Of a stretch of 64,000 bases of DNA, positions 36,458 to 45,119 are shown piece by piece. Under the pieces are notes generated by a model. That model saw nothing but the letters and a program-made list of their open reading frames with translations. It was not told where the DNA came from and searched no databases. The position numbers were made by a program, and so were the translations under genes. Source of the stretch: a virus (Duplodnaviria > Caudoviricetes). Every line of letters starts with the position of its first letter. The first letter of the stretch is position 1. The DNA lies in the IMG/VR virus record IMGVR_UViG_2706795967_000001, positions 2,612 to 66,611 of that record; one strand, given 5' to 3'.

Positions 36458-36854
36458 GGCATGGGACTACGTCGGATGGGTCGTGGCCGGTGGAGCGGGG
36501 TCCGCCGTCAGCGGATGGATAGCTCGCCGCAGATATCACAACACCATTCGCGAATACGAGTACGGCACCGCCAGGCTACAGGCGGATCGAGCTGTCGCAC
36601 AGCAGAAGCTCTTCGACCTGAGGCGCGACATAGACAAGGTCGTCGAGAAGAAGTTCCGAGAGCGCCTGGCGGAATGGAACCCCGATCAGGACGACATCGA
36701 GGCGGATTTTCGCAAGGCGGAATACATGGCAGAGAAGCGCGAGATGCTGGACGCAGGGCGTCTCCACCCGCCTGTAGTGAAGGATGGCGAGCCAGCGCGG
36801 ATCTCACGTGTCTCCTTCAGCCATCCCAAGTCAAAAGGAAGGGGCCGAAACTAG
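36450..36854 (+). CDS. Membrane-anchored hypothetical protein (134 aa)
   Basis: ATG 36450 with AAGGAG SD; N-terminal hydrophobic helix. Confidence 0.65.
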   Translation: MIEAWDYVGWVVAGGAGSAVSGWIARRRYHNTIREYEYGTARLQADRAVAQQKLFDLRRDIDKVVEKKFRERLAEWNPDQDDIEADFRKAEYMAEKREMLDAGRLHPPVVKDGEPARISRVSFSHPKSKGRGRN

Positions 36855-36895
36855 GAGCTCTCCCCAAAAAGTTGCAACAAAGTTTGTTGTTTTGC

Positions 36896-36924
36896 TTGCA
36901 ATGCCCGATCAGGTAGGGTAACGT
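36896..36924 (+). promoter_or_regulatory. Strong SigA-type promoter with A/T-rich upstream element
   Basis: TTGCAA, 17 nt, TAACGT; upstream AAAAAGTTGCAACAAAGTTTGTTGTTTTG. Confidence 0.7.
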
Positions 36925-36993
36925 AGTTAGTGCACCGCCCGAGAGGGCAGCAGTCGCCCAGGGTGGGCGAACCGTCCAGAGGAAGGGACCACA

Positions 36994-37533
36994 ATGTCGG
37001 AAGACACCACCGCAACGACCGAGGAAGGTCGCATCGTCGCACCCCGCAACGTGCAGGAGATGCGGGAACTGAAGGCAGTCAAGGCCACCGAGGCATCCAC
37101 CTCGTTCGCGAACTTCATGAACGCCAACCTCGCGAACGCCGAGGGCTACACCCCGGTCACCCCCGAGCAGGCGTGGACCCTGATCTACACGCACCGTGTC
37201 TGGCAGGGCTCCGACGAGCGAGCCGCCGAGAAGGAGGCGCTCAAGACCCAGAAGAGCGCCGCCGCCGAGGCCAAGAAGGCCGAGCGCGAGGCCAAGAAGC
37301 AGGAGCGCGAGCGCCTCGCGGCCGAGAAGAAGGCCGAGAAGGATCGCAAGGCCGCCGAGAAGAAGGCGAAGGAGGCCGAGGCCGGCGAGGACCTCGAGGC
37401 CGCCGACACCGAGGGCGAGGGCGAGATCGCTCCCCGCAAGCGCAAGCCGCGCAGCCGGACTCCGAAGGCCGAGACGCCCGCCGAGACCCCGGCCGAGTCC
37501 GAGGCAGTCGAACCCGGCGCCGACGGATTCTGA
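36994..37533 (+). CDS. Ala/Lys/Glu-rich protein (179 aa)
   Basis: GAGGAAGG SD; extreme GC3 bias; histone-H1-like AEKKA repeats; shares a motif with 27119-27712. Confidence 0.8.
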   Translation: MSEDTTATTEEGRIVAPRNVQEMRELKAVKATEASTSFANFMNANLANAEGYTPVTPEQAWTLIYTHRVWQGSDERAAEKEALKTQKSAAAEAKKAEREAKKQERERLAAEKKAEKDRKAAEKKAKEAEAGEDLEAADTEGEGEIAPRKRKPRSRTPKAETPAETPAESEAVEPGADGF

Positions 37534-37853
37534 TCTTCCCCACAAGGGAGCCAGTCTCCCGATCCGGTGAACACCTGCCAGTGAAGCGGCGGATCGGGGG
37601 TTCTGGAAGGCATCAGTGCAGAGAGGCGACGACCGACCACAGTGGATCCTCTTCCCGCGTCGGCGTTGGTACTGATGTCTTCCAGAGCCAGTTGGCTCTG
37701 CTATCGTCAGGGACGGTCAGCGTAGATGCATCCTTCTACGGCCGGGAACTGGCGCGAAGAATTGGGACCACCTATCTTAGAGGTAGGCTCGAGACGAGTA
37801 ACGGACCCGACGGGCGATGCCGAAGCGGCTCCCTGGCGGTAGCAGAACCAATT
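37534..37853 (+). ncRNA. Candidate large structured non-coding RNA (~320 nt)
   Basis: Stems 37556-37566/37590-37600 (11 bp), 37599-37619/37669-37689 (21 bp, 3 G-U) and 37690-37713/37830-37853 (24 bp, 3 G-U, 1 mismatch), with internal hairpins; no credible ORF. Confidence 0.6.
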
Positions 37854-37876
37854 GGACAGACGAGAAAGGAAACACG

Positions 37877-39022
37877 GTGACAGAGTTGCCGTTCGTCCGC
37901 TCCTCAGAGAGGGGCGCATACAAGAGCTGTCCTCAGCGCTGGTATTGGGCCTATGTCGAGAAGCTGGTCCCCAGCGCAGTTGTCCTCGGCGCTCGCGACT
38001 TCGGCACCGGACTCCACCTCGCAATGGCGGAATTCTACATCCCCGGTTTGAAGCGAGGCCGGGATCTCATCGAGACCTTCGACGAATGGGCGAGGCAGGC
38101 CAAGAACGAGGCCACCGCCACAGAGAAGGGTCGCAAGAACTTCAACGAAGCCGAGTTCAATGAAGAGTGCGAAAAGATCAGGCACGCTCTTCGCGAGCAC
38201 ATGAGGATCACTAACGGCAATCCTCACTGGGAAGTGATCGCCAATGAGCGCACTTTCGCCGCCGACATTCGCGGTAAGGCTATCGCCGTCGGAACCATCG
38301 ACCTCGTCATCCGAGACACCAAGACCGGTAAGCTCTGGATAATTGACTGGAAGACCTCCAAGGGTTTCCCGCACCCCGAGGCGTACAAGTTCAACGATCA
38401 GGGCGGAAGCTACTCGGCCATCGCCACCACGATCCTTCGCCACCTCGGCCTGATTGGCCCGCAGGAGAAGATCAAGGGCATGGTGTTCGTGGTTCTCCGG
38501 AAGGTGCTTCCGGATGAGCGACCGCAGAACCCCGACGGGCTGTACTGCAATCAGCCGAAGAAGGATCACTACATCGACCAGCTCGGCAAGGAGCTTGAAT
38601 ACGAGCCCGGAGAGCTAGAGGGCATGACCCTCAAGCAACTGCAAGCCGAGGCACTGGAGAACGAAGTCGTCGTGTACGGCGAAGTATCCAAGAACCAGCC
38701 CATGCCGGTGATCAAGGACTATCCCGTCGAGCGCACGGTGAAGCAGCAGAGCCACCAGCTCAAGCGACTCGTGGACGACGTCACCGTCATGGACATGGCA
38801 CGCAAGGGCGAGATCCCGATCCTCAAGGCTCCAGGCAGTCTCTGCCCGTACTGCGACTTCTTCCAGCTGTGCGAGATGGACGAGAGCCAGGGCGATGTCG
38901 AGGGTATGAAGCAGCTCATGTTCCGGAAGCGCGATCCGTATCACGATCATCGTGAAGGAGCGCAGAACAGCAAGCTGTCAGTGACCGCCGATTCCAAGCT
39001 CAAGTACGAGGGAGGAACGTAG
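37877..39022 (+). CDS. RecB/Cas4-family (PD-(D/E)xK) exonuclease
   Basis: SERGAYKSCPQRWYW, GTGLH, E...GTIDLV...IIDWKT, C-terminal CPYCDF; GTG 37877 after GAAAGGA. Confidence 0.85.
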   Translation: MTELPFVRSSERGAYKSCPQRWYWAYVEKLVPSAVVLGARDFGTGLHLAMAEFYIPGLKRGRDLIETFDEWARQAKNEATATEKGRKNFNEAEFNEECEKIRHALREHMRITNGNPHWEVIANERTFAADIRGKAIAVGTIDLVIRDTKTGKLWIIDWKTSKGFPHPEAYKFNDQGGSYSAIATTILRHLGLIGPQEKIKGMVFVVLRKVLPDERPQNPDGLYCNQPKKDHYIDQLGKELEYEPGELEGMTLKQLQAEALENEVVVYGEVSKNQPMPVIKDYPVERTVKQQSHQLKRLVDDVTVMDMARKGEIPILKAPGSLCPYCDFFQLCEMDESQGDVEGMKQLMFRKRDPYHDHREGAQNSKLSVTADSKLKYEGGT

Positions 39023-39204
39023 TGGTTGCTCCGCTCAAAAAGAACGGACTCGACGAGTGTGCTAAGCTGCGTAAGCGCGTAGTTGCACAACACAACCTCG
39101 GTCGCATTCACCGGACCGACAAGGAATACTTGGTCGACCTCCTCAACAAATTTGAGGCTCGGGTTGTCAAGATGGAAGAGAAGGGAGAAGAGCGTTGGCT
39201 TTAG
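39022..39204 (+). CDS. Hypothetical protein (60 aa)
   Basis: GTG overlaps upstream TAG; GGAGG SD. Confidence 0.6.
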   Translation: MVAPLKKNGLDECAKLRKRVVAQHNLGRIHRTDKEYLVDLLNKFEARVVKMEEKGEERWL

Positions 39205-40124
39205 CACCACAGATCATCGGTCTCGACGAAGACGATGACTACGTCAACCTCATGGTCTACGGGAAGCCCGGTTCCGGGAAGACCGTGCTCGGCGGTAGTG
39301 ATGACCGTGTCCTGTTCCTCGCACCCGAGGACGACGGCACCATCTCCGCCAAGCGGCAGGGATCCAAGGCTCGCAAGTGGCCGATCGACGACTGGAACGA
39401 TCTGGCCGACGCTTGCGAGTGGGTCGAGGAGAACATGGAGGAGGTGCAGGCCACATTCGATTGGATCGTGGTCGACTCCATCACCTTCATGCAGAAGCTT
39501 CTCATGCGGCGCATCTTGGAGGACGCCGTGGAGGAGAATCCGGAGCGCAACCCCGACGTTCCGGCCATGCAGGACTGGCAGGTGTATCAGAACCGGTTCC
39601 TCCGGTTCGTCCAGATGATCAACTCCTGGCCGATCAACGTCCTGTGGACCGCTCTGGTTCGTGACGAAGAGGACGAGGAGGAGAACCCCATCCTCGTTCC
39701 GGACATCCAGGGCAAGGGCTATCAGATGGCGATGACGGTCGCCTCGTACATGACCTCCTTCGGCAACCTGCGCGTGGAGATGCGCAAGGTCAAGAAGGAC
39801 GGTGCGTTCGTGAAGGACTCGGACGGCGAGTACGTGAAGAAGCCGCACCGCGTCATCATCTGGCAGGACCAGGGGAACATTCAGGGCAAGGATCGCACGA
39901 ACGTTCTCGCGCCGAAGACGCAGGACGTGACCCTGAAGCAGATTCGCCAGCTGATCACCGGCGAGATCACCCGCGACGACCTCAAGCCGAAGCGTCCCGC
40001 TGCGAAGAAGGCGGCTCCGGCTGCCAAGAAGGCAGCGTCCGCCGCGCGCACCAAGGCGTCCACCACCGAGAAGGAAAGCCCGAAGGAAGATTCCGTGGGC
40101 ACCCAAGAAGGAGATGACAACTGA
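39195..40124 (+). CDS. AAA ATPase, Sak4/RecA-like recombinase
   Basis: VYGKPGSGKT Walker A; IVVDSIT Walker B; lies between the exonuclease and SSB. Confidence 0.8.
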   Translation: MALAPQIIGLDEDDDYVNLMVYGKPGSGKTVLGGSDDRVLFLAPEDDGTISAKRQGSKARKWPIDDWNDLADACEWVEENMEEVQATFDWIVVDSITFMQKLLMRRILEDAVEENPERNPDVPAMQDWQVYQNRFLRFVQMINSWPINVLWTALVRDEEDEEENPILVPDIQGKGYQMAMTVASYMTSFGNLRVEMRKVKKDGAFVKDSDGEYVKKPHRVIIWQDQGNIQGKDRTNVLAPKTQDVTLKQIRQLITGEITRDDLKPKRPAAKKAAPAAKKAASAARTKASTTEKESPKEDSVGTQEGDDN

Positions 40125-40867
40125 TGGCACCTACCGGACAGGCCAAGACCTTCCGCTTCGGCAAGAAGGTCAAGAACGGCGCGACCAAGGAAGCCGGGAT
40201 CAAGACCTACCAGGGTCCCAACCCGCCGAGCGGCAGCTACCTCTGCTCTCTGAAGCAGCTGACGATCAAGGAGAACAAGAACGGCGACAACATGCTCGCC
40301 TTCGTGGCGGAGATCTCGGACACCGGGCCACGCGCGAAGTACAACGGATTCGCCATCTTCGGTCAGCAGAACATCACGGACCAGGGCGCGGGCTACGTGA
40401 ATCAGCTCCTGGACGCGATCTCCGACGGCAACGAGCAGGTCCGTGAGGACTTCTGGGAGGGCGCGGTCAAGACCAAGAAGGCCGAGAAGCTCGACAAGAA
40501 CAACAAGCCGGTCTATCACGTCCGCGCCATCGGCGACGATTTCAAGGTCAACTCCCCCGACGATCTCGACATCCAGCTCGTGATCACCGGCAAGAAGGGC
40601 ACCTACCAGGGCAACTACAAGCTCGACGCCCAGGGCTACGGACCGGCGAGCATCGACCTGGACGGCGACGACGAGGACGAAGACGACATCGAAGCCGGCG
40701 AAGACGAGGCCGACGAGACCGACGAGGACGACGTCGACACCGACGAGGATGACTCGGAAGACGACGACGAAGACGACGACGAAGACGACGACGAAGACGA
40801 CGCCGACGACGAGGACGAAGGCGACGTGTTCGACGACGACGAAGACGACGACGACGAAGACGACTGA
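40124..40867 (+). CDS. ssDNA-binding-like protein with ~68-aa acidic tail
   Basis: PPSGSY.C...GDNML....I pattern; Asp/Glu tract 40661-40864; recombination-module position. Confidence 0.7.
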   Translation: MAPTGQAKTFRFGKKVKNGATKEAGIKTYQGPNPPSGSYLCSLKQLTIKENKNGDNMLAFVAEISDTGPRAKYNGFAIFGQQNITDQGAGYVNQLLDAISDGNEQVREDFWEGAVKTKKAEKLDKNNKPVYHVRAIGDDFKVNSPDDLDIQLVITGKKGTYQGNYKLDAQGYGPASIDLDGDDEDEDDIEAGEDEADETDEDDVDTDEDDSEDDDEDDDEDDDEDDADDEDEGDVFDDDEDDDDEDD

Positions 40868-40870
40868 GTC

Positions 40871-40984
40871 GTGTCCAAGAATTCGGCACTCTGGCCGACG
40901 CATCGCAAGAAGGCCAGAGAGAAGAAGCGTCGGAAACTGAGGAAGATGACTCGCGAGCAGATGCTCCGGGTTCAGAACCTCTGA
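40871..40984 (+). CDS. Possible 37-aa basic peptide
   Basis: GTG: MSKNSALWPTHRKKAREKKRRKLRKMTREQMLRVQNL*; no clear SD. Confidence 0.35.
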   Translation: MSKNSALWPTHRKKAREKKRRKLRKMTREQMLRVQNL

Positions 40985-40997
40985 CATCCGGCACCCG

Positions 40998-41043
40998 AGG
41001 CCCATGCTGGGACCTACCCAATCCCAGCATGGGCCTCTTCTTC
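40998..41043 (+). terminator. Intrinsic terminator
   Basis: AGGCCCATGCTGGGA / TCCCAGCATGGGCCT, 15-bp perfect stem, then CTTCTTC. Confidence 0.7.
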
Positions 41044-41108
41044 GACCTATGAACTAGTAGTAGTGTAGTATGGGTTACGGGCTACACACAGTACAGCAAA
41101 GGATCACA

Positions 41109-41984
41109 ATGACCATCGCCATCCTCGGATGCGGGCCGACCGGACTACTGGCCGCGCACGCCTGCACGCTCGAAGGTTACGACGTCGCCATCTTCAGCCG
41201 CAAGCGCAAGTCCGAGCTATTCGGCAGTCAGTACCTCCACAACCCGATCCCCGGTCTGACTCCGGAGAGCGACAAGGGTGTCCCGGTGAAGTACGTGGTG
41301 CGAGGTACCCCGGAAGAGTATCGCCGGAAAACTCACGGCAAGTGGTGGGACGGGCACATCGGTCAGGACGAGTTCGAACCGGATCATCAGGCGTGGGATA
41401 TCCGCCAGCACTACGACATGCTCTGGCGCACATACGTCGGGAAGATCGAGCCCTACTCCATCCCGACGAAGGGGATGGTTGCCAGCTTCTTCAAGCGAGA
41501 GAACTCCGACGTCGGCGTTGGCGGATACGTCAACTGGGACCTCGGTCTGAGCGAGTACGAGTTGGTCATCAGCACTGTCCCGCGCGACATTTGGCAGCTG
41601 CCTGGCGACGAGTACATCTACAGCGAGGGGTGGGCGATCGGCGATGCTCCGGAGCGTGGCGTGTTCGTGGACGACCTGGTCGAGGGGCGAGAACTGTTCG
41701 ACAAGGACAACACAATCATCTGCGACGGGACAAGCCTGGTGCCTTGGACCCGGCTGAGTAAGGTACACGGCTTTACCAGCATCGAGTGGCCACATCACGC
41801 GGCCCAGCCGCACACACAAGCAGTGCGCGTACGCAAGCCGTTGCACTACACCCCAGGGCCACATCAGAATGGGTCTCCCACGGCCAATTGGCTGCACGTT
41901 GGAAGGTACGGCCAGTTTGAAAAGGGCGTCGTCGTCACCGACGCCTTCGATCAGGTGACGAAGAAGTTGAAGGAGATGCAGTGA
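41109..41984 (+). CDS. FAD/NAD-dependent oxidoreductase-like protein
   Basis: Rossmann IAILGCGPTGLLAA; C-terminal LHVGRYGQF; ATG 41109 after AAAGGA. Confidence 0.75.
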   Translation: MTIAILGCGPTGLLAAHACTLEGYDVAIFSRKRKSELFGSQYLHNPIPGLTPESDKGVPVKYVVRGTPEEYRRKTHGKWWDGHIGQDEFEPDHQAWDIRQHYDMLWRTYVGKIEPYSIPTKGMVASFFKRENSDVGVGGYVNWDLGLSEYELVISTVPRDIWQLPGDEYIYSEGWAIGDAPERGVFVDDLVEGRELFDKDNTIICDGTSLVPWTRLSKVHGFTSIEWPHHAAQPHTQAVRVRKPLHYTPGPHQNGSPTANWLHVGRYGQFEKGVVVTDAFDQVTKKLKEMQ

Positions 41985-42583
41985 CCGAGGAACAGGTTTT
42001 CAAGGACCCGACCGACATCTGGGACCACATCGACATCGCGATGGTTCGGGATCGCGCGCAGTACACCTACAAGATGAACGGCCTCAAGACACGAGGCGAC
42101 AAGATCCAGCTCGGGGCTGGATTCAAGAAGCTGGAGGGCTGGCGCAACCTGGAGTATCCGGACTGGAACGCCGATCTCCCGATCATGGCCGGGGATGTCA
42201 GCGCCTCGGAGTTCGCTCTAGGAACCAGATGGGAGGAAGTTGGCTCTCACTGGAAGCAGCCCGACAGCTCAGTGTCGGAGATCGCCAGCTATCACACGCT
42301 GGACCATCTCAGCCCGACGCAAGTGATCAACACGCTCCGTGAGGTGGAGCGCGTACTGGTCCCCGGTGGCACGTTCACGAACATCGTGCCGCACGCCGAT
42401 TCGCAGCTCGCGAAGGAGTGCATCCATCACCAGAGTCGGTTCATGATCGATACCTGGCGCAACATCTTCTCGGAGCGCCAGTACGCGCACGACGGAGACT
42501 GGCAGCTCGAGGTCGGTCTGAACTTCGTCTTCGGCCTGGCGGAACGCAACGTCGTTCTCGTGACTCAGTTGGTGAAGCGATGA
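41981..42583 (+). CDS. Class I SAM-dependent methyltransferase-like protein
   Basis: IQLGAG...GWRNLE; HTLDHL...LREVERVLVPGG. Confidence 0.75.
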   Translation: MTEEQVFKDPTDIWDHIDIAMVRDRAQYTYKMNGLKTRGDKIQLGAGFKKLEGWRNLEYPDWNADLPIMAGDVSASEFALGTRWEEVGSHWKQPDSSVSEIASYHTLDHLSPTQVINTLREVERVLVPGGTFTNIVPHADSQLAKECIHHQSRFMIDTWRNIFSERQYAHDGDWQLEVGLNFVFGLAERNVVLVTQLVKR

Positions 42584-43161
42584 CCGTCGTTCACAAGCGC
42601 CTTAGATTTCTATCTGACGGGATCAACGCTATCACGGAATGCGACATGGTTCCGGCCGCTGACACACGATGGGTTCGTGGTGTCGATGTCATGGAGCTGG
42701 GGTGGAATCTCGTCACTTGCGAGAAGTGCCTAGGCAAACGAGGAGAGGATCTTCTCGACCCTGATGAACTCGAGGACGATGACTGGGGATTCTTGGTCAA
42801 GCCTGCGACCAAGCAGGGCGAGCGTGTCGGCGTATTGATGTCGGAATGGTGGGACGAGTTCGTACGAAAGAACGCGGACTACCAGACCAGCACCGGCAAC
42901 GTCAGCGAGAACTTCGGCCTCATGGGCCAGTACATGAAGCTCACGGACAAGATCCACAAGTTGCGAAAGCCGATGCACGACGCCGAGATTCTCCGCCAGG
43001 CGGAGGGGCTTGGAGCGGACGTCGATCCCGACCTGTATCTCGCCCCATTCCAGTTCGAAGGCACTGAGGAGATCTTGCGAGACCTCATCGGGCACGCCTT
43101 CCTCGCGCTGGACTTCATCAAACAGCAGAAGGAGGGGAGAGATGGGGTGGGCGAACACTGA
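42580..43161 (+). CDS. DUF1599 / nucleotide-modification-associated-domain-like protein
   Basis: KNADY...FGLMGQYMKLTDKIHKL...E..EEILRDLIGHAFL; N-terminal C..TCEKC. Confidence 0.65.
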   Translation: MTVVHKRLRFLSDGINAITECDMVPAADTRWVRGVDVMELGWNLVTCEKCLGKRGEDLLDPDELEDDDWGFLVKPATKQGERVGVLMSEWWDEFVRKNADYQTSTGNVSENFGLMGQYMKLTDKIHKLRKPMHDAEILRQAEGLGADVDPDLYLAPFQFEGTEEILRDLIGHAFLALDFIKQQKEGRDGVGEH

Positions 43162-43315
43162 GCTGTCTCGTCACTACTTCGTCTTCACCGAGAATCGGAT
43201 GAACATGAGGATGAAGACCGTGTGCGGTGCTCCTGTAGCCCCAAGTCTCAAGCAGGAGTACCTCAACACATTTTGCACGGAATGCCTCAAGATCAGGAAT
43301 CAACAACTAGGGTAG
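43142..43315 (+). CDS. Small Cys-containing protein (57 aa)
   Basis: AGGAGG upstream; H...TVCG...CTEC. Confidence 0.55.
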   Translation: MGWANTELSRHYFVFTENRMNMRMKTVCGAPVAPSLKQEYLNTFCTECLKIRNQQLG

Positions 43316-43324
43316 GGTGTACCC

Positions 43325-43912
43325 ATGCAAACGTTTATATGCGATCGTCACGAATTCGGTGGGCACGGAGGCAGCTTCGACGTGGGGTTGCGTCACCTGG
43401 ATGACAAGCGTCTGGGGAAGCAGCGGCTCGAAACGAAGCAGATCTACACCGCGCTCACCACCGGAAAGGGCTGGGTGCACCACCCGGCCACGAAGATGTG
43501 GAAAGGCTTCGAAGAGGCTCTCCTGCACTACGGCATCGCTTGCTGTCAGGAGTGGAAGAGGCGTGGCCATGAAGACACCATGCTGAGATGGTTCACAGAT
43601 CAGTTCGTTAGTGCACAGCTCGTCGATCAGTTCAGTGCTCAGCCTTGCGAGTTTCCTGACTTCGTGAACTACGACCCGTTCATCGAGGCGCACCGCAGCA
43701 ACCTCATTCGCAAGGACGCCGAGTTCTACGGCAGCAAGTGGCCGGACACCCGCCTCAGCCTTCCGTACTTGTGGCCGAAGGTGCAGGTCGAGCTCAACGG
43801 CGATCGGTACTTCACATATCACCTCTCGGCAGCCGAGCACAAGCGCGGCGAGTACGAGCTATGGCCGGGAACGTACGTGGCCGACGACAACCTCGAGGTC
43901 TTAAATCTATGA
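43325..43912 (+). CDS. Pyrimidine-dimer DNA glycosylase-like protein (MSMEG_6728/Pyr_excise family)
   Basis: MQTF...LDDKRLGKQRLETKQI...GWVHHPATKMWKG...EWKRRG...HRSNLIRKD...Y.WP. Confidence 0.8.
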   Translation: MQTFICDRHEFGGHGGSFDVGLRHLDDKRLGKQRLETKQIYTALTTGKGWVHHPATKMWKGFEEALLHYGIACCQEWKRRGHEDTMLRWFTDQFVSAQLVDQFSAQPCEFPDFVNYDPFIEAHRSNLIRKDAEFYGSKWPDTRLSLPYLWPKVQVELNGDRYFTYHLSAAEHKRGEYELWPGTYVADDNLEVLNL

Positions 43913-44865
43913 GGTACGTCAGTCTCCATACCCACACCACCTTCTCCTACGGAGACGGTTACGGGCCGGTGGCTGACCACGTGGAGAGAGCGGTCGAGCT
44001 TGGCATGTCGGCCCTCTCTGCCACGGAACACGGCAACACGAGCAGCCACGCTCAGCTCGAGAAAGAGTGCAAGAAGCATGGGATCAAACCGATCTTCGGG
44101 TGCGAGCTTTACATCGCCCCGACGGACAGGCACTCGCCCTACGGAGCGCCTATCAAGACTCGCAAGAAGTATCACCAGACGGTCCTCGCGGCAGACGAGC
44201 AGGGATACCAGAATCTCAATCGAATCGTTACGGCAAGCTATCGCGACCACTTCTTTCAGTGGCCAACTGCTACTGCTCGACTCCTCAGCGAATACTGCGA
44301 CGGTCTTGTCGTTCTATCAGGGTGCTCAGACTCGCTGCTTAGCTGTACCCTGCTCGGCGGGAAAGAGCAGGGCGATAAGAGGACTGAGTTCACAGAAAAG
44401 CATTTTGAGAATGCACGACGTGTTATCGAGTATTATCAGGGGCTCTTTGGCGAGAGGTACTTCCTCGAGTGTCAGCGATTCCCACGCCTGGAGCGCACTT
44501 GCACTCTTAATGCAGCTTTTGCAGAACTCTCAAAGACCACCGGAGCAAGGCTAGTCGCCAGCTCTGACGTTCACTATCCGCGGATCGAGCATCGCCAGAT
44601 GCAGAAGATCCTCCACTCCGCTCATCGTGGCGGAACCATCGAAGACGCAGAGTCTGGAGACTGGGACTATGAAGCAGCTGATCTCACGTATCCGACTTCG
44701 GATAAGGAGATCTTTCACGACCTGGTGGCTACGGGGCTCACGAAGTCAGAGGCGAAAGATGCAATCACCGCCACGCGAGACATAGCTCGCTCCTGCAATG
44801 TCGAGCTCCCGAAGAACGAGCCGATCAAGTACCCTATCTCTGACGACGATTGGAAGCCGTGGTGA
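43909..44865 (+). CDS. dnaE: DNA polymerase III alpha, N-terminal PHP domain as a separate gene (318 aa)
   Basis: YVSLHTHTTFSYGDG, ATEHG, KPIFGCELY, SDVHY; stop at the PHP-palm linker. Confidence 0.85.
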   Translation: MRYVSLHTHTTFSYGDGYGPVADHVERAVELGMSALSATEHGNTSSHAQLEKECKKHGIKPIFGCELYIAPTDRHSPYGAPIKTRKKYHQTVLAADEQGYQNLNRIVTASYRDHFFQWPTATARLLSEYCDGLVVLSGCSDSLLSCTLLGGKEQGDKRTEFTEKHFENARRVIEYYQGLFGERYFLECQRFPRLERTCTLNAAFAELSKTTGARLVASSDVHYPRIEHRQMQKILHSAHRGGTIEDAESGDWDYEAADLTYPTSDKEIFHDLVATGLTKSEAKDAITATRDIARSCNVELPKNEPIKYPISDDDWKPW

Positions 44866-45119
44866 GCACCATACACGAACGATTTCTGGAGATACCCGAA
44901 GGCGAACCCTGGAAGGATACCAACCCAGTCTCTGGGATTGAGTACACGTATCGGGTCGTTCGTGGCATCTCCAAGAGAGGCATCTCGTACACAGAAGTAG
45001 AGGTCCTCGTAGGAGACGTTGTCGGAGAGCGAGAGTGGCACGGAATCTACGGTGGTCCGGGGAAGAAGGCGGCGATTCTAGCTAAGCGACTGAAGGAAAT
45101 TCGCAGTGGCGACGTTTGA
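44862..45119 (+). CDS. Hypothetical protein inserted between the two dnaE halves (85 aa)
   Basis: GTGA-coupled to the PHP stop; overlaps the start of the catalytic half. Confidence 0.6.
   Translation: MSTIHERFLEIPEGEPWKDTNPVSGIEYTYRVVRGISKRGISYTEVEVLVGDVVGEREWHGIYGGPGKKAAILAKRLKEIRSGDV

Noticed and set aside
37877-39022. Cas4-like nuclease as sign of a CRISPR adaptation system
   Set aside because: No array or other cas genes; adjacency to Sak4-like ATPase and SSB indicates an ordinary phage recombination module.
44862-45119. Intein or group I intron interrupting dnaE
   Set aside because: No intein terminal residues or homing-endonuclease motifs; the downstream half has its own SD and start; no intron core recognised.
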